The notes under the pieces are model-generated. The model was not told where the DNA came from. It did no database searches and saw only the letters and a program-made list of their open reading frames with translations. The position numbers were made by a program, and so were the translations under genes. Below are positions 44,894 through 56,100 of a DNA stretch of 64,000 bases, piece after piece; the first letter of the stretch is position 1; every line of letters begins with the position of its first letter. Origin of the DNA: an uncultured delta proteobacterium (lineage in GTDB: Bacteria > Desulfobacterota > Desulfobaccia > Desulfobaccales > 0-14-0-80-60-11). The stretch spans positions 1,472,001 through 1,536,000 of the forward strand of contig CAWETI010000002.1 in the NCBI GenBank assembly GCA_963812015.1. Direction: 5' to 3'.

Positions 44894-45584
44894 CAAGGGA
44901 TCTGGAAAAGACAAAGCCAAAGGCCCCGGCAAATTGGCCGACAAAGCCGCAAGCAAAGCCGCGGATAAGAAAGCGGCCAAGGCGGCTGGCCAGCCGATGG
45001 AAAAATCGGCTGAGAAGTCGGCGGCCCCGGCGGGCTTCAAAGGGACGCCGCGTCTGCGGGATTATTATCGGACCGAGTGTGTGCCCCGCATGATGCAGGA
45101 ATTCAAGTATAAGAGCCCCATGCAGGTGCCCCGACTGCTGAAGGTGGTGGTCAATATCGGGCTGGGGGAGGCCATCCAGAACATCAAGCTGTTGGAGTCG
45201 GCCTCGGTGGAACTGGGGACCATCACCGGCCAAAAGGCGGTGGTGACCCGGGCCAAGAAGTCCATCGCCGCCTTTAAGCTGAGGGAAGGCATGCCCATCG
45301 GCTGCATGGTCACCCTGCGCCGGGACCGGATGTACTACTTCTTCGACAAGCTGGTGAACGTGGTGCTGGCCCGGGTGCGAGACTTCCGGGGAGTGAGCGA
45401 GCGGGCTTTTGACGGCCGGGGCAATTACACCCTGGGTCTCAAAGAGCAGATTATCTTCCCGGAGATCGACTACGACAAGATCGACAAGATCAAAGGGATG
45501 AACATCACCGTCGTCACCAGCGCTCCCACCGATGAAGAAGGGAGATTCTTGTTGAAGCTGATGGGCTTACCTTTCAAGAAATAA
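44886..45584 (+). CDS. rplE: 50S ribosomal protein L5 with Lys/Ala-rich N-terminal extension
   Basis: [22 protein letters not shown]; exact start uncertain. Confidence 0.97.
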   Translation: MADKGSGKDKAKGPGKLADKAASKAADKKAAKAAGQPMEKSAEKSAAPAGFKGTPRLRDYYRTECVPRMMQEFKYKSPMQVPRLLKVVVNIGLGEAIQNIKLLESASVELGTITGQKAVVTRAKKSIAAFKLREGMPIGCMVTLRRDRMYYFFDKLVNVVLARVRDFRGVSERAFDGRGNYTLGLKEQIIFPEIDYDKIDKIKGMNITVVTSAPTDEEGRFLLKLMGLPFKK

Positions 45585-45589
45585 CAGGG

Positions 45590-45615
45590 GTAGGGCGGGG
45601 TGACCCCGGCCCTAC
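45590..45615. repeat. REP-like palindrome
   Basis: GTAGGGCGGGGTGACCCCGGCCCTAC. Confidence 0.65.
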
Positions 45616-45625
45616 GGAGATCAGG

Positions 45626-45811
45626 ATGGCCAAGAAATCATTGATAGCCAAGGCAAAGCGCCAACCGAAGTATCCGGTGCAGAACTATAACCGCTGTCCA
45701 CTGTGCGGTCGTCCCCGGGCGTTTCTCAGACGGTTCGGCATCTGCCGCATCTGTTTCCGCTCCATGGCCCTCAGGGGAGAGATCCCCGGGGTAACCAAAT
45801 CCAGCTGGTAG
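45626..45811 (+). CDS. rpsN: 30S ribosomal protein S14 (short zinc-binding type)
   Basis: RCPLCGRP...CRICFR...KSSW. Confidence 0.98.
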   Translation: MAKKSLIAKAKRQPKYPVQNYNRCPLCGRPRAFLRRFGICRICFRSMALRGEIPGVTKSSW

Positions 45812-45819
45812 GACAAACT

Positions 45820-46217
45820 ATGTGCATGACAGACCCCATCGCCGATATGCTGACCCGGATTCGCAATGCCGGGGGGCGCGTTTCGACAAGGTTGACATTC
45901 CTGCTTCCCGCATGAAGATCAACCTAGCGCGCATCCTCAAGGAAGAAGGGTTCATTAAAAACTATAAGGTCATTAAAGATAATCGCCAAGGCATCCTGCG
46001 AGTCTATCTCAGGTACAGCGACCGTCAGCAACCGCTCATCCAGGGCTTGAAACGGGTTAGTAAACCCGGGCGCCGGGTCTATACCGGCCATGCCGAGCTT
46101 CCCAAAGTCCAGGGGGGCCTGGGGGTGGCGGTTATTTCCACCTCCCAGGGGGTCATCACCGACCGCCAGGCCCGGAAGCTGAGCGTGGGCGGCGAGGTCT
46201 TGTGCGAGATCTGGTAA
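45820..46217 (+). CDS. rpsH: 30S ribosomal protein S8, frameshifted in this sequence at G run 45871-45876
   Basis: [19 protein letters not shown] in one frame, [11 protein letters not shown]...SKPGRRVY...GGEVLCEIW in another; one extra G restores a single ORF. Confidence 0.95.
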
Positions 46218-46227
46218 AGGTAACTAT

Positions 46228-46767
46228 ATGAGCCGCATCGGAAAACAACCGGTGCCTTTGCCCAAAGGGGTAAAGGTAAAGTTGGAAGAGGGAAAGTTGG
46301 TGGTTACCGGCCCCCGGGGGACCCTGAGCCAGGTCATGCCGCCTCGGGTCAACCTCAACATCTCGGACAAAGAGATCAGGGTGGAACCCCAGGATGACAG
46401 CCGGATCACCCGGTCCTACTGGGGCCTGGCCCGCACCCTGGTGGCCAACATGGTCATCGGGTCGACGGACGGATTCACCAAGGTCCTGGAACTGGTGGGC
46501 ACCGGCTACAAGGTGGAAGCCAAGGGCGATATCCTGGTGTTCAACCTGGGATACTCGAACCCGGTGGAGTTTCCCCTCCCCAAAGGGATCACGGCCAAGG
46601 TGGAAAAGGCCAACCGCATCGAAATCACCGGGGCCAACAAGGAAGTGTTGGGACAGACGGTGGCGGTGATTCACAGGCTGCGGCCACCCGACCCGTATAA
46701 GGGCAAGGGGATCAAGTTTGCCGGCGAAGTGATACGGCGCAAGGTGGGCAAGGCCGGCGGCCGTTAA
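46228..46767 (+). CDS. rplF: 50S ribosomal protein L6
   Basis: [18 protein letters not shown]. Confidence 0.99.
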   Translation: MSRIGKQPVPLPKGVKVKLEEGKLVVTGPRGTLSQVMPPRVNLNISDKEIRVEPQDDSRITRSYWGLARTLVANMVIGSTDGFTKVLELVGTGYKVEAKGDILVFNLGYSNPVEFPLPKGITAKVEKANRIEITGANKEVLGQTVAVIHRLRPPDPYKGKGIKFAGEVIRRKVGKAGGR

Positions 46768-46781
46768 AGGAGACAGGTGGC

Positions 46782-47138
46782 ATGAACCCCAAGGAAGCGG
46801 CGCGGCTCAAGCGCAAACAGCGGATCAAGAAGAAAATCGGGGGCGGGGAGCGTTTGCGTCTCTCGGTCTTCCGGAGCTGCAAGCATATGTACGCGCAGAT
46901 CATCGACGACGGTAAAGGCCAGACCCTGGTGGCGGCCTCCACCTTGAGCGGAGAGCTGAAGGATCAGCTGGGCGGCTTGAAGAAAACCGACGCGGCCAAG
47001 GCCGTGGGCAAGCTGCTGGCGGGCAAGGCCAAGGCTCAGGGCATTGAAAAAGTAGTCTTCGACCGTAACGGGTTTCTCTACCATGGCCGGGTGAAAGCCG
47101 TGGCGGACAGTTGCCGGGAAAACGGCCTGGAATTTTAG
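46782..47138 (+). CDS. rplR: 50S ribosomal protein L18
   Basis: [21 protein letters not shown]. Confidence 0.99.
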   Translation: MNPKEAARLKRKQRIKKKIGGGERLRLSVFRSCKHMYAQIIDDGKGQTLVAASTLSGELKDQLGGLKKTDAAKAVGKLLAGKAKAQGIEKVVFDRNGFLYHGRVKAVADSCRENGLEF

Positions 47139-47147
47139 GAGGTAAGC

Positions 47148-47645
47148 TTGTTCGAGTCAGAGGCAGCGGAGCAGTTAACCGATAAGGTGGTGAGCATCAG
47201 TCGTGTCGCCAAGGTCGTCAAAGGCGGGCGCCGCTTTCGTTTCAGCGCCATTGTGGTGGTAGGTGACGGAGCCGGGCGCGTCGGCGCCGGTCTGGGCAAG
47301 GCCCATGAAGTGCCGGAAGCCATCCGCAAGGCAGTGGAGCAGGCCAAGAAGAACATGATCACGGTCCCCATCCTCAACAGCACCATCCCATACCAGGTGG
47401 TGGGGGAATTCGGGGCCGGCCGGGTGCTCTTAAAGCCGGCTTCGGAAGGCACCGGGGTCATCGCCGGCGGTCCGGTGCGGGCGGTGGTGGAAGTGGCGGG
47501 CATCAAAAACGTCCTCACCAAGTGTTTGGGTTCCCACAACCCCCACAATGCGGTGAAAGCCACCATGGTGGCCTTGCAGATGCTGGCGTCCCCTGAGGAC
47601 GTGGCGGCCCGGCGGAACCGGCCTCTGGCGGAGATACTGGGGTAA
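47148..47645 (+). CDS. rpsE: 30S ribosomal protein S5
   Basis: [23 protein letters not shown] start. Confidence 0.99.
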   Translation: MFESEAAEQLTDKVVSISRVAKVVKGGRRFRFSAIVVVGDGAGRVGAGLGKAHEVPEAIRKAVEQAKKNMITVPILNSTIPYQVVGEFGAGRVLLKPASEGTGVIAGGPVRAVVEVAGIKNVLTKCLGSHNPHNAVKATMVALQMLASPEDVAARRNRPLAEILG

Positions 47646-47647
47646 AA

Positions 47648-47713
47648 CTTTGCGTCGTTGCGTCTTGGCGCCTTAGCGTGAAATAACTCACGCAAAGTCG
47701 CAAAGGCGCAAGG
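47648..47713. repeat. Inverted 8-mer repeat hairpin (CGCAAAGG family)
   Basis: CTTTGCGT CGTTGCGT CTTGGCGC CTTAGCGT GA ... TCA CGCAAAGT CGCAAAGG CGCAAGG. Confidence 0.85.
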
Positions 47714-47727
47714 ATAGAGGAATAGCT

Positions 47728-47916
47728 ATGTTTCTCGAGATAACCTTAAAGAAAAGTCCCATCGGCCGGCCGCCGAAGCACCGTCTAACCCTGAAGACCC
47801 TGGGGTTGACCCGCTTGCAGAAAACGGTGCGGCACCGGGAAACCCCTGCGATTTTGGGGATGGTGCACCAAGTGGGGCACCTCCTCGAAGTGCGGCAGGT
47901 TCCCGAAGGAGAATAG
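47728..47916 (+). CDS. rpmD: 50S ribosomal protein L30
   Basis: [18 protein letters not shown]. Confidence 0.97.
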   Translation: MFLEITLKKSPIGRPPKHRLTLKTLGLTRLQKTVRHRETPAILGMVHQVGHLLEVRQVPEGE

Positions 47917-47919
47917 CAG

Positions 47920-48360
47920 ATGCGCCTATCTGAATTACAACCCAGTCCGGGGTCCAAGCATAAGAAGAAACGGGTCGGCCGCGGTCCTGGTTCGGGTTGG
48001 GGCAAAACTGCGGGCCGAGGCTTCAAAGGGCAGAATTCCCGGGCCGGCGGCGGCACCAGGCCGGGGTTTGAAGGCGGCCAAATGCCTTTGGTCCGGCGGA
48101 TCCCCAAGCGGGGTTTCACCAATATCTTCCGGCAAACCTGGACCATCGTCAACCTGCGGGACCTGAAGCGGTTCCCGGCGGAGGCGGTGGTGGATAAGGA
48201 CGCCTTAAAGGAAGCGGGCCTGGTGAAAAGCCAAGTGAAGCGGATCAAGCTCTTGGGCCAGGGGGAAGTGACCGTGCCCCTGGTGGTCAAGGTGCAGGCG
48301 GTGAGTTCCCAGGCCCGGAGCCGGATCGAAGCTGCCGGAGGGCGAGTGGAGGTCATCTAG
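47920..48360 (+). CDS. rplO: 50S ribosomal protein L15
   Basis: [22 protein letters not shown]. Confidence 0.99.
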   Translation: MRLSELQPSPGSKHKKKRVGRGPGSGWGKTAGRGFKGQNSRAGGGTRPGFEGGQMPLVRRIPKRGFTNIFRQTWTIVNLRDLKRFPAEAVVDKDALKEAGLVKSQVKRIKLLGQGEVTVPLVVKVQAVSSQARSRIEAAGGRVEVI

Positions 48361-49668
48361 GTGTCGGCGTTTTCCAGTATTGCCAAGATCCCAGAGTTGA
48401 AGCGCCGCATCCTGTTTACCTTGCTGATGCTGGCGGTGTATCGCCTGGGCTGCCAGATCCCCACCCCGGGGATCGATGCCGACGCCCTGATGAAGTTTTT
48501 TGCGGCCCAACGGGGCACCATCTTCGGCTTGTTCGACATGTTCTCCGGCGGCGCCCTGGAGCGCCTGAGCGTTTTTGCCCTGGGGATCATGCCGTACATC
48601 AGCGCCGCCATCATCATCGAACTCCTTAAGGTGGTGATCCCGGGTCTGGAGAAGCTCTATAAAGAAGGGGAGTCGGGGCAGAAGAAGATCAAGCAGTACA
48701 CCCGGTACGGCACCGTGGTCATCGCGGCCGTCCAGGGGATCGGCATCGCCGTGGGCCTGGAGAGCATGACCACCGGCGCCGCCCACCAGACGGTGGTCCT
48801 GCATCCAGGCTGGGCCTTCCGCCTGATGACCGTGCTCACCCTGACCTCGGGCACCGCGTTCATCATGTGGCTGGGGGAAATGATTACCGAGCGGGGCATC
48901 GGCAACGGCATCTCGCTGATCATCTTTGCCGGGATCGTGGCCCGGATGCCTTCGGCCCTCATCAAGACCTTGGAGTTGATCAAGACGGGTGAAATCATGC
49001 CCGTCCTGATGGTCCTGCTGATGGTGGCGATGGTGGTGGTGGTGGGTTTCATCGTGTTTGTGGAGCGGGCCCAGCGGCGCATCCAGGTACAATACGCCCG
49101 GCGGGTGGTGGGGCGCAAAATGTACGGCGGCCAGAGCACCCACCTGCCCCTGAAGGTGAACACCTCCGGGGTTATTCCCCCCATCTTCGCCTCGTCGCTC
49201 CTGATGTTTCCGGCCACGATTGCGAGCTTCGTCCACAATGACTGGGTCAAATGGGCGGCGGACGCCATGTCACCGGGGGGCGGGATTCACGACTTTATTT
49301 ATGTAGGCCTCATCTTCTTTTTCTGCTATTTCTACACCGCGGTGACCTTTAACCCGGTGGACGTGGCGGATAATTTGAAAAAGTGGGGCGGCTATGTTCC
49401 GGGCCTGCGGCCGGGGAAGCCCACCTCAGAATATATTGACCGGATCCTGACGCGTATCACCCTGGGAGGTGCGGTTTACGTGTCGGCAGTGTGCGTGCTG
49501 CCCTCCATTCTGATCCGGAAGTTCAATGTCCCCTTTTACTTCGGGGGTACGGCCCTGTTAATCGTGGTGGGGGTGGCCATGGATACCATGAGCCAGATCG
49601 AATCGCATCTATTGACCCGCCACTACGAAGGTTTCATGAAAAAACGCATGAGCCGAGTACGGCGTTGA
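48361..49668 (+). CDS. secY: Preprotein translocase SecY
   Basis: [31 protein letters not shown]. Confidence 0.99.
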   Translation: MSAFSSIAKIPELKRRILFTLLMLAVYRLGCQIPTPGIDADALMKFFAAQRGTIFGLFDMFSGGALERLSVFALGIMPYISAAIIIELLKVVIPGLEKLYKEGESGQKKIKQYTRYGTVVIAAVQGIGIAVGLESMTTGAAHQTVVLHPGWAFRLMTVLTLTSGTAFIMWLGEMITERGIGNGISLIIFAGIVARMPSALIKTLELIKTGEIMPVLMVLLMVAMVVVVGFIVFVERAQRRIQVQYARRVVGRKMYGGQSTHLPLKVNTSGVIPPIFASSLLMFPATIASFVHNDWVKWAADAMSPGGGIHDFIYVGLIFFFCYFYTAVTFNPVDVADNLKKWGGYVPGLRPGKPTSEYIDRILTRITLGGAVYVSAVCVLPSILIRKFNVPFYFGGTALLIVVGVAMDTMSQIESHLLTRHYEGFMKKRMSRVRR

Positions 49669-49687
49669 CCTAAATAAGGAGGAAGTT

Positions 49688-50365
49688 ATGAATCTGATCC
49701 TGTTGGGCGGCCCAGGGGCGGGCAAAGGTACGCAAGCCAAGAAACTTATCGAGAAATTTCAGATCCCTCAGATTTCCACCGGCGACATCCTCCGGGCGGC
49801 GGTGAAAGAAGGGACGGAAATGGGCCGCAAGGCCAAAGAATACATGGATTCCGGGAAACTGGTCCCCGATGAAGTGGTCATCGGCATCATCAAAGATCGC
49901 CTGGCGCAGGCGGACTGCAAGAAAGGGTTCATCCTGGACGGCTTTCCCCGGACGGTGCCCCAGGCCGAAGCTTTGGACAAGGTGCTGACCGACCTGGGCA
50001 CCAAGATCGACCACGTGGTCAGCATCGACGTGGACGAAGAAGCATTGGTGGTTCGCCTTACCGGGCGGCGGACCTGCAAAAACGCGGCCTGCGGCCAGAT
50101 GTTCCACATCAAGTTCACTCCCGCCAAGAAGGAAGGGGTATGCGACAAGTGCGGCGCCGAGCTCTATCAGCGGGACGACGACAACGAAGCTACGGTGCGC
50201 AACCGCCTGGCCACTTACAACCAGGCCACCGCGCCGCTCATCGGTTACTACAGCGCTAAACATCTGGTGCGGCCGATTAAAGGGGTGGGGGGCATCGACG
50301 ACATCTTTAAACAGATCGTGAACATCGTCTCGGGAGCCGGCTGCAGCTGTGGCTGCAAGCACTAA
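49688..50365 (+). CDS. adk: Adenylate kinase (zinc-lid type)
   Basis: GGPGAGKGT, DGFPR, lid Cys pairs, QRDDD. Confidence 0.99.
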   Translation: MNLILLGGPGAGKGTQAKKLIEKFQIPQISTGDILRAAVKEGTEMGRKAKEYMDSGKLVPDEVVIGIIKDRLAQADCKKGFILDGFPRTVPQAEALDKVLTDLGTKIDHVVSIDVDEEALVVRLTGRRTCKNAACGQMFHIKFTPAKKEGVCDKCGAELYQRDDDNEATVRNRLATYNQATAPLIGYYSAKHLVRPIKGVGGIDDIFKQIVNIVSGAGCSCGCKH

Positions 50366-50370
50366 AGTTT

Positions 50371-50433
50371 TTCGGCGTTCTTTGCGTCTTGGCAGGACGC
50401 CGCACGCAAAGGCGCCAAGACGCAGAGGCGCAA
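50371..50433. repeat. Inverted 8-mer repeat hairpin (CGCAAAGG family)
   Basis: TTCGGCGT T CTTTGCGT CTTGGC ... CA CGCAAAGG CGCCAAGA CGCAGAGG CGCAA. Confidence 0.8.
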
Positions 50434-50440
50434 CGGTTCT

Positions 50441-51187
50441 ATGATTCTGTTAAAATCCCTCCAGGAAATCGCCAAGATGGAGGTGGCCAACCGCATCGTG
50501 GCCGAAATCCTGGAGGGGCTTAAAGAAAAGGTCCAGCCGGGGATCGAGACCCGGGAGCTGAATGAGGCGGCGGAGGAGATGTGCCGCCAGCGCCGGGTCC
50601 AGCCGGCCTTTAAGGGCTATCGCGGCTATCCCGGGTCCGTGTGTGTGTCGGTGAACGAAGAGGTAGTGCACGGGATCCCCGGGCCTCGCCGTCTTAAGGC
50701 GGGGGACCTGGTAAGCCTGGATTTCGGGGTGAAGTACGACGGCTACTATGGGGATGCGGCCATTACGGTGCCGGTGGGGGAAGTGGACCCCAAGGCCTTG
50801 GCCCTCATGGAAGCCACGGAGAAATCCCTGTACGCCGGCATCGCCATGGTCAAGGCGGGCAACCATTTGTCCGACATCTCCCACGCGGTGCAGAGCGTGG
50901 TGGAGGGGGCCGGATTTGGGGTTATCCGGGAGTTTGTGGGACACGGCATCGGCCGGTCGCTCCATGAAGACCCGCAGATCCCTAATTTTGGGCCGCCGGG
51001 GCGGGGGCCGACCTTGCAGGTCGGTATGACCCTGGCCATTGAGCCCATGACCGCCCTGGGTTCCTGGCAGGTGCGGGTGTTAAAGGATGGTTGGACCGCG
51101 GTCACCCAGGATGGGTCTTACGCGGCGCATTTTGAACATAGCGTGGCGTTGACGGAGACCGGCGTCTTGATTTTGAGCCGACTCTAA
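50441..51187 (+). CDS. map: Methionine aminopeptidase type I
   Basis: SVNEEVVHGIP, GHGIG...HE, IEPM, AHFEH. Confidence 0.98.
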   Translation: MILLKSLQEIAKMEVANRIVAEILEGLKEKVQPGIETRELNEAAEEMCRQRRVQPAFKGYRGYPGSVCVSVNEEVVHGIPGPRRLKAGDLVSLDFGVKYDGYYGDAAITVPVGEVDPKALALMEATEKSLYAGIAMVKAGNHLSDISHAVQSVVEGAGFGVIREFVGHGIGRSLHEDPQIPNFGPPGRGPTLQVGMTLAIEPMTALGSWQVRVLKDGWTAVTQDGSYAAHFEHSVALTETGVLILSRL

Positions 51188-51232
51188 TTTATATTCTATT
51201 AACCATTTGAAATAACTATAAAGACACGGTAG

Positions 51233-51451
51233 ATGCCAAAAGAAGATGCCATCGAAGTCGAAGGGACGGTTGTCGAGCCTCTCCCCAATGCCATGTTTCG
51301 GGTAGAACTGCCCAACGGGCATAAGGTACTGGCTCATATTTCCGGGAAGATGAGGATGCACTACATCAAGATTCTCCCGGGAGACAAGGTTATTATGGAA
51401 TTATCGCCCTATGACCTAAGTCGAGGGCGGATCGTTTACCGGGTCAGATAG
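51233..51451 (+). CDS. infA: Translation initiation factor IF-1
   Basis: [19 protein letters not shown]. Confidence 0.99.
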   Translation: MPKEDAIEVEGTVVEPLPNAMFRVELPNGHKVLAHISGKMRMHYIKILPGDKVIMELSPYDLSRGRIVYRVR

Positions 51452-51461
51452 GACAAAACTT

Positions 51462-51575
51462 ATGAAAGTCAGGGCCTCAGTGAAACGGATGTGCGCCAAG
51501 TGTAAGATTATTCGCCGTAAACGCGTAGTGCGGGTGATCTGCGAAAATCCCAAGCATAAGCAGCGTCAAGGCTAA
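51462..51575 (+). CDS. rpmJ: 50S ribosomal protein L36
   Basis: Not in ORF track; [37 protein letters not shown]. Confidence 0.98.
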   Translation: MKVRASVKRMCAKCKIIRRKRVVRVICENPKHKQRQG

Positions 51576-51590
51576 AGGGGAGGGAAGGCA

Positions 51591-51965
51591 TTGGCCAGAA
51601 TCGCCGGGATCGATTTACCCCGAAACAAGAGAATCGAGATTGCCCTCACGTATATATTCGGCATCGGGCGCACCAGCGCGGGGCGGGTACTCCAGGAAGC
51701 GAAGGTGGACCCCAGCACCAAGACGTCCGAGTTGACCGAGGCCGAAGTCACCAGCATCCGCCAGGTGATCGACCATACCTGCAAAGTGGAAGGTGACCTG
51801 CGGCGGGAAATCTCCATGGATATTAAGCGCCTGATGGATCTGGGTTGCTACCGGGGCCTGCGGCACCGTAGAAGCCTGCCGGTCCGGGGGCAGCGGACCC
51901 ATACGAACGCCCGCACCCGGAAAGGCCCGCGGCGCAGCGTCGTGGGCAAACGGAAGAAAGTTTAA
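51591..51965 (+). CDS. rpsM: 30S ribosomal protein S13
   Basis: [17 protein letters not shown]. Confidence 0.99.
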   Translation: MARIAGIDLPRNKRIEIALTYIFGIGRTSAGRVLQEAKVDPSTKTSELTEAEVTSIRQVIDHTCKVEGDLRREISMDIKRLMDLGCYRGLRHRRSLPVRGQRTHTNARTRKGPRRSVVGKRKKV

Positions 51966-51974
51966 GGAGGGGCG

Positions 51975-52367
51975 ATGGCCAGAGCGCAGTCACGCACCAA
52001 GAAGAAAAAGGAAAAGAAGAATATCCCTGTGGGGGTGGCTCACATCAAGGCCACGTTCAACAATACCCTGGTGACCATCACCGATCCGGCGGGCAATGTC
52101 GTGTCGTGGTCGTCGGCGGGGGTCCAGGGATTCAAGGGATCACGGAAGGGCACGCCCTTCGCGGCCCAGTTGGCAGGCCAGGATGCCGCCAAAAAGGCCA
52201 TGGAACACGGCATGCGCAACGTGGACGTCTTTGTCAAAGGGCCGGGCGCGGGCCGGGAAGCGGCCCTGAGGGCCTTGCAGTCAGCCGGCCTGAGCGTCAA
52301 CTTGATCCGGGATGTCAGCCCAATTCCCCACAATGGCTGCCGCCCCCCCAAACGTCGTCGGGTTTAA
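51975..52367 (+). CDS. rpsK: 30S ribosomal protein S11
   Basis: [13 protein letters not shown]. Confidence 0.99.
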   Translation: MARAQSRTKKKKEKKNIPVGVAHIKATFNNTLVTITDPAGNVVSWSSAGVQGFKGSRKGTPFAAQLAGQDAAKKAMEHGMRNVDVFVKGPGAGREAALRALQSAGLSVNLIRDVSPIPHNGCRPPKRRRV

Positions 52368-52385
52368 ATGGAGAGGTGATCGATA

Positions 52386-53012
52386 GTGGCTAGATATGTG
52401 GGACCAGTTTGCCGGCTTTGCCGCCGGGAGGGGATGCAGCTCTACCTCAAGGGGGATCGCTGTTACACGGATAAATGCGCCATTGAGCGGCGTCATTATC
52501 CGCCGGGACAGCACGGCCAGCGCCGGAGCAAACTTTCCGACTACGGCGCCCAGCTCCGGGAGAAGCAAAAGGTTAAGCGCATTTACGGCGTGTTGGAGAA
52601 ACAATTCAGCAGTTATTTTGAGAAGGCCGAAGGGCAGAAAGGTGTTACCGGCACCAACCTGTTGGTTTTCCTGGAACGGCGTCTGGATAACATAGTTTAC
52701 CGTTTGGGGTTTGCCAACTCACGGACCCAGGCCCGGCAATTGGTGCGCCATAACTATATTATGGTCAACGGCGGCAAGGTAAATCTCCCTTCCTTTCTAG
52801 TGAAGACGGGGGATGTGATCCAGGTGACGGAGAAGGGTCGCAGCCTGCCACTGATCCGCGATGCCATGGAGGCGGTGGCCCGGCGGGGATGTCCCCCCTG
52901 GCTGGAGTTCAACAAGGATGAGGCTCAAGGGAAGGTGGTAATGTTCCCCACCCGGGAAGATATCACCATGCCGATCCAAGAACATCTCATCGTGGAGCTT
53001 TATTCCAAATAG
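52386..53012 (+). CDS. rpsD: 30S ribosomal protein S4
   Basis: PGQHG, LERRLDN, VELYSK. Confidence 0.99.
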   Translation: MARYVGPVCRLCRREGMQLYLKGDRCYTDKCAIERRHYPPGQHGQRRSKLSDYGAQLREKQKVKRIYGVLEKQFSSYFEKAEGQKGVTGTNLLVFLERRLDNIVYRLGFANSRTQARQLVRHNYIMVNGGKVNLPSFLVKTGDVIQVTEKGRSLPLIRDAMEAVARRGCPPWLEFNKDEAQGKVVMFPTREDITMPIQEHLIVELYSK

Positions 53013-53146
53013 CATCATGACCCTTTATGTTCCCAAACTCCCCCCGGCAGCCGGAAGGTCCTTGGGGGGAGATGGATTTTTCGTAAGGCCGGGCAAGTGC
53101 GGCTGGAATCCCGGGACATAAAAGCCTAGTAGTTTTCTGAGGAGCC

Positions 53147-54160
53147 ATGATCCACAAAAACTGGACCGATATCATTAAGCCCAAACGGCTGGAAGTTGAT
53201 AGTGAGACCCACAACCGCCTTTATGGCAAGTTCGCCTGCGAGCCTCTGGAGCGCGGCTTCGGCACCACCTTGGGGAACGCCCTGAGGCGGGTTTTGCTTT
53301 CTTCCCTGCGGGGATCGGCCATCACTGCGGTCCGCATCAAGGATGTCTATCACGAATTTTCCGCCATCCCCGGGGTATTGGAAGACGTCACCGAGATCCT
53401 GCTCAATTTAAAGCAGGTGCGTTTGAAGATACTTGCCGATGGGGTCAGGATGTTGCAACTGGAGGCCCGCGGCCAGGGGGAGATCAAAGCCGGAGACATC
53501 CAGACGGATGGCATGGTAGAAATTCTCAACCCCGAGCATCACATCGCCACGCTGACGTCGGACGGCGAATTGGTGATGGAGATGACGGTCAAGACCGGCA
53601 AGGGCTTTGTGCCCGGCGAGGCCAATAAAGAAGAGGATCAACCCATCGGCTATATCCCCCTGGACGCCAGCTTTGCTCCCGTTCGCAAGGTCAACTACGT
53701 GGTGACCCAGGCCCGGGTGGGACAACGGACCGACTATGACAAGCTGACGCTGGAGGTCTGGACCGACGGCAGCATCACCCCGGAAAACGCCATCGCCTAC
53801 GCCGCCAAGATTCTTAAAGAACATTTGACCATGTTCATTAACTTCGAAGAGGAACCCCTGGGGCAGGAAGAGAAGTCCACGGAAGAACCGCCTGCCTTTA
53901 ACGAGAACCTCTACCGCAGTGTCAATGAACTGGAACTGTCGGTGCGGGCCGCCAACTGCTTGAGGAACGCCAATATCCGTTATATCGGCGAGTTGGTTCA
54001 GAAAACCGAGCAGGAGATGCTGAAGACCAAGAATTTCGGCCGCAAATCTCTCAACGAGATCAAAGAGATTCTCATGGAGATGGGGCTGCACCTGGGGATG
54101 AAACTGGAAAGCTTCGTTCCCCCCGATCAGATGCCGGAAAGGAAGGAAGAGGTCGCATGA
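53147..54160 (+). CDS. rpoA: RNA polymerase alpha subunit
   Basis: [25 protein letters not shown]. Confidence 0.99.
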   Translation: MIHKNWTDIIKPKRLEVDSETHNRLYGKFACEPLERGFGTTLGNALRRVLLSSLRGSAITAVRIKDVYHEFSAIPGVLEDVTEILLNLKQVRLKILADGVRMLQLEARGQGEIKAGDIQTDGMVEILNPEHHIATLTSDGELVMEMTVKTGKGFVPGEANKEEDQPIGYIPLDASFAPVRKVNYVVTQARVGQRTDYDKLTLEVWTDGSITPENAIAYAAKILKEHLTMFINFEEEPLGQEEKSTEEPPAFNENLYRSVNELELSVRAANCLRNANIRYIGELVQKTEQEMLKTKNFGRKSLNEIKEILMEMGLHLGMKLESFVPPDQMPERKEEVA

Positions 54161-54558
54161 GACACTTAAAGGCTGGTCGGCGCCTGTCCCGGACCACGGA
54201 GCATCGCCTCGCCATGCTTCGGAATTTGGTGACCGCGCTGTTGGAAAAGGAGCGGATAGAAACCACCCGGGCCAAGGCCAAGGAGGCCCGCCAATGGGCC
54301 GAGAAGATCATCACCCTGGCCAAACGGGGCGATTTGCACGCCCGGCGCCTGACCCTTGCGGTAGTGCGCTCCAAGAAGGTGGTGGCCAAACTCTTTACGG
54401 AATTGCGGGAGCGTTACCAGGACCGGCCCGGGGGTTATACCCGGATCATCCCCCTGGGGATCAGGTTGGGTGACGGGGCTGCCATGTCCATCCTGGAACT
54501 GGTGGATCGTCCCGAAACCCTCCCCAAGGCCAAGAAAAAGAAGGCCGCTGAAGGCTAA
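54157..54558 (+). CDS. rplQ: 50S ribosomal protein L17
   Basis: MRH...[15 protein letters not shown]. Confidence 0.99.
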   Translation: MRHLKAGRRLSRTTEHRLAMLRNLVTALLEKERIETTRAKAKEARQWAEKIITLAKRGDLHARRLTLAVVRSKKVVAKLFTELRERYQDRPGGYTRIIPLGIRLGDGAAMSILELVDRPETLPKAKKKKAAEG

Positions 54559-54570
54559 CCGTTTTCTCCT

Positions 54571-54616
54571 CGCCGGGGGCAGAGGCCTGAAGGCTTCTGT
54601 CCCCGGCGCATTTTTT
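54571..54616 (+). terminator. Intrinsic terminator ending the ribosomal cluster
   Basis: CGCCGGGGGCAGAGGCC-TGAA-GGCTTCTGTCCCCGGCG then CATTTTTT. Confidence 0.75.
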
Positions 54617-54807
54617 CCGGGCCTACCCTCCGGGGCGGGCCGCTCACGGGGCACCCCCCCGGGGTTCCGCCGGGATTGCTGCGGCACCGCCGGGCCGCCC
54701 TGGCCTGGGGCGGCCTCCGTCACTCATTATTCTTCTTCAATAACCCATTAATTTTGTTAAACATCCACTACGAGGCCGGGGTGAGCTGAAAAAAAGGAAA
54801 AAAAGGT

Positions 54808-54912
54808 TTGACATCGGAGTTTTCTTATATTAAGTTGCAGCCAATTGAATAGGTATTTTTACCTAAATTGCCATAGGTAGAATAACTGTTTCACCCTCAG
54901 TAAAATTACCTA
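54808..54912 (+). promoter_or_regulatory. Putative promoter followed by three related palindromic operator-like boxes
   Basis: TTGACA-17-TAAGTT; TAGGTA-N4-TACCTA at 54850 and variants at 54874 and 54897. Confidence 0.55.
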
Positions 54913-55021
54913 GACCATAAAGGGATGCTCTTTAGCAGGATGAGCATTTCCGGCCAAGAGACCGGAGCTAAAAAAGCTTTTAGTTCCCATCAGGATTGTC
55001 CCATAACAAAGGAGGTTCTGG

Positions 55022-55855
55022 ATGGTGAATCGAGTATTTTGGAGTGCGCTTGTCACCCTGGCGTTAACCTTTTCACCCAATCTGGCTCATTCAGTTCCCA
55101 CCAAGAGTCTCAAAAAGAAGTCATCCAAACCCGAGTCGCGGGTGACTAAAAAGAGCAAGTCCAGCAGCCACAAATCTCAAGTATGTCGCAGCAGCTCTTC
55201 CTCGCGGGAGTCCCAGCAGGAGTCCCGGGAAGTGGTAGAGTCCTCCATGGTTCCCAGTTCCAGCCGGAGTAGAGTGTCGGAAACCCAGCCACTGATGAAG
55301 GTTACCCCCCAGCGGGACGGCAAGTTTTTGCTGGAGCCGCTGACCGCCCCCAAAAAGACCATTACCACGCCGCTGTCGCAGCCGCCCAGGCAGGAGGACA
55401 AAAACGATCGGGTGTCTTCGACCTCCCGTGGCTATAATACGTTTGAACCCTGGGATTTCTCTCAGCTGGTCTTATCCAAGGCTCAGGCCTATCGTCACGC
55501 CCCCTACGCCCGGGGCGCGTCCCTGGAGAACGGCTCGGCTACGGATTGCTCCGGGTTTGTCCAGTTCATCTACCATGGGTTTAAAATCGACCTACCCCGC
55601 TCCAGCGCCGAGCAGTCCCAGGTGGGGAAGGTGGTGACCCAGCAGATGGATTTCTCCAAGCTGCTGCCCGGGGACCTGCTGTTCTTCCGCCGGGGAGGTG
55701 GCGTGGGGCATGCGGGGATCTACCTGGGTGAGGGCAAGATGATCCATGCCTCCAACCATCGGAACGGCGTTACCATCACGGACCTGCGGCAGCCCTACTA
55801 CGAAGGTACGTTTGTGGTGGCAAAACGGGTTTTTGAGGTGAAGTACCCCAATTAA
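55022..55855 (+). CDS. Exported NlpC/P60 (C40) peptidase
   Basis: DCSGFV, LPR, PGDLLFF, HAGIY, IHAS; Ser/Lys-rich linker; AAGGAGG RBS. Confidence 0.93.
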   Translation: MVNRVFWSALVTLALTFSPNLAHSVPTKSLKKKSSKPESRVTKKSKSSSHKSQVCRSSSSSRESQQESREVVESSMVPSSSRSRVSETQPLMKVTPQRDGKFLLEPLTAPKKTITTPLSQPPRQEDKNDRVSSTSRGYNTFEPWDFSQLVLSKAQAYRHAPYARGASLENGSATDCSGFVQFIYHGFKIDLPRSSAEQSQVGKVVTQQMDFSKLLPGDLLFFRRGGGVGHAGIYLGEGKMIHASNHRNGVTITDLRQPYYEGTFVVAKRVFEVKYPN

Positions 55856-56100
55856 TGTATCTTCTGCCGGGGCTTTTTCCCTGCCCGCGGTTCCGCACCG
55901 ACAATTTTACTAGACGCTGGCCCAGGCCGGTCTGCCAGGCCCCACAGGTTTTGGGGCAGGGGCAGGACCGGGTTCCCTGGGCCAGAAGTACTTTTCGGGG
56001 TGTTTTCCCAGGGGGGAAGCCCGTCTCTCCATGATGGTCGTGCTTAACCTGAGGAGATGGCTTACTGAGTATGGATCTCTAGCCTGCCAAGAGCAATCCC

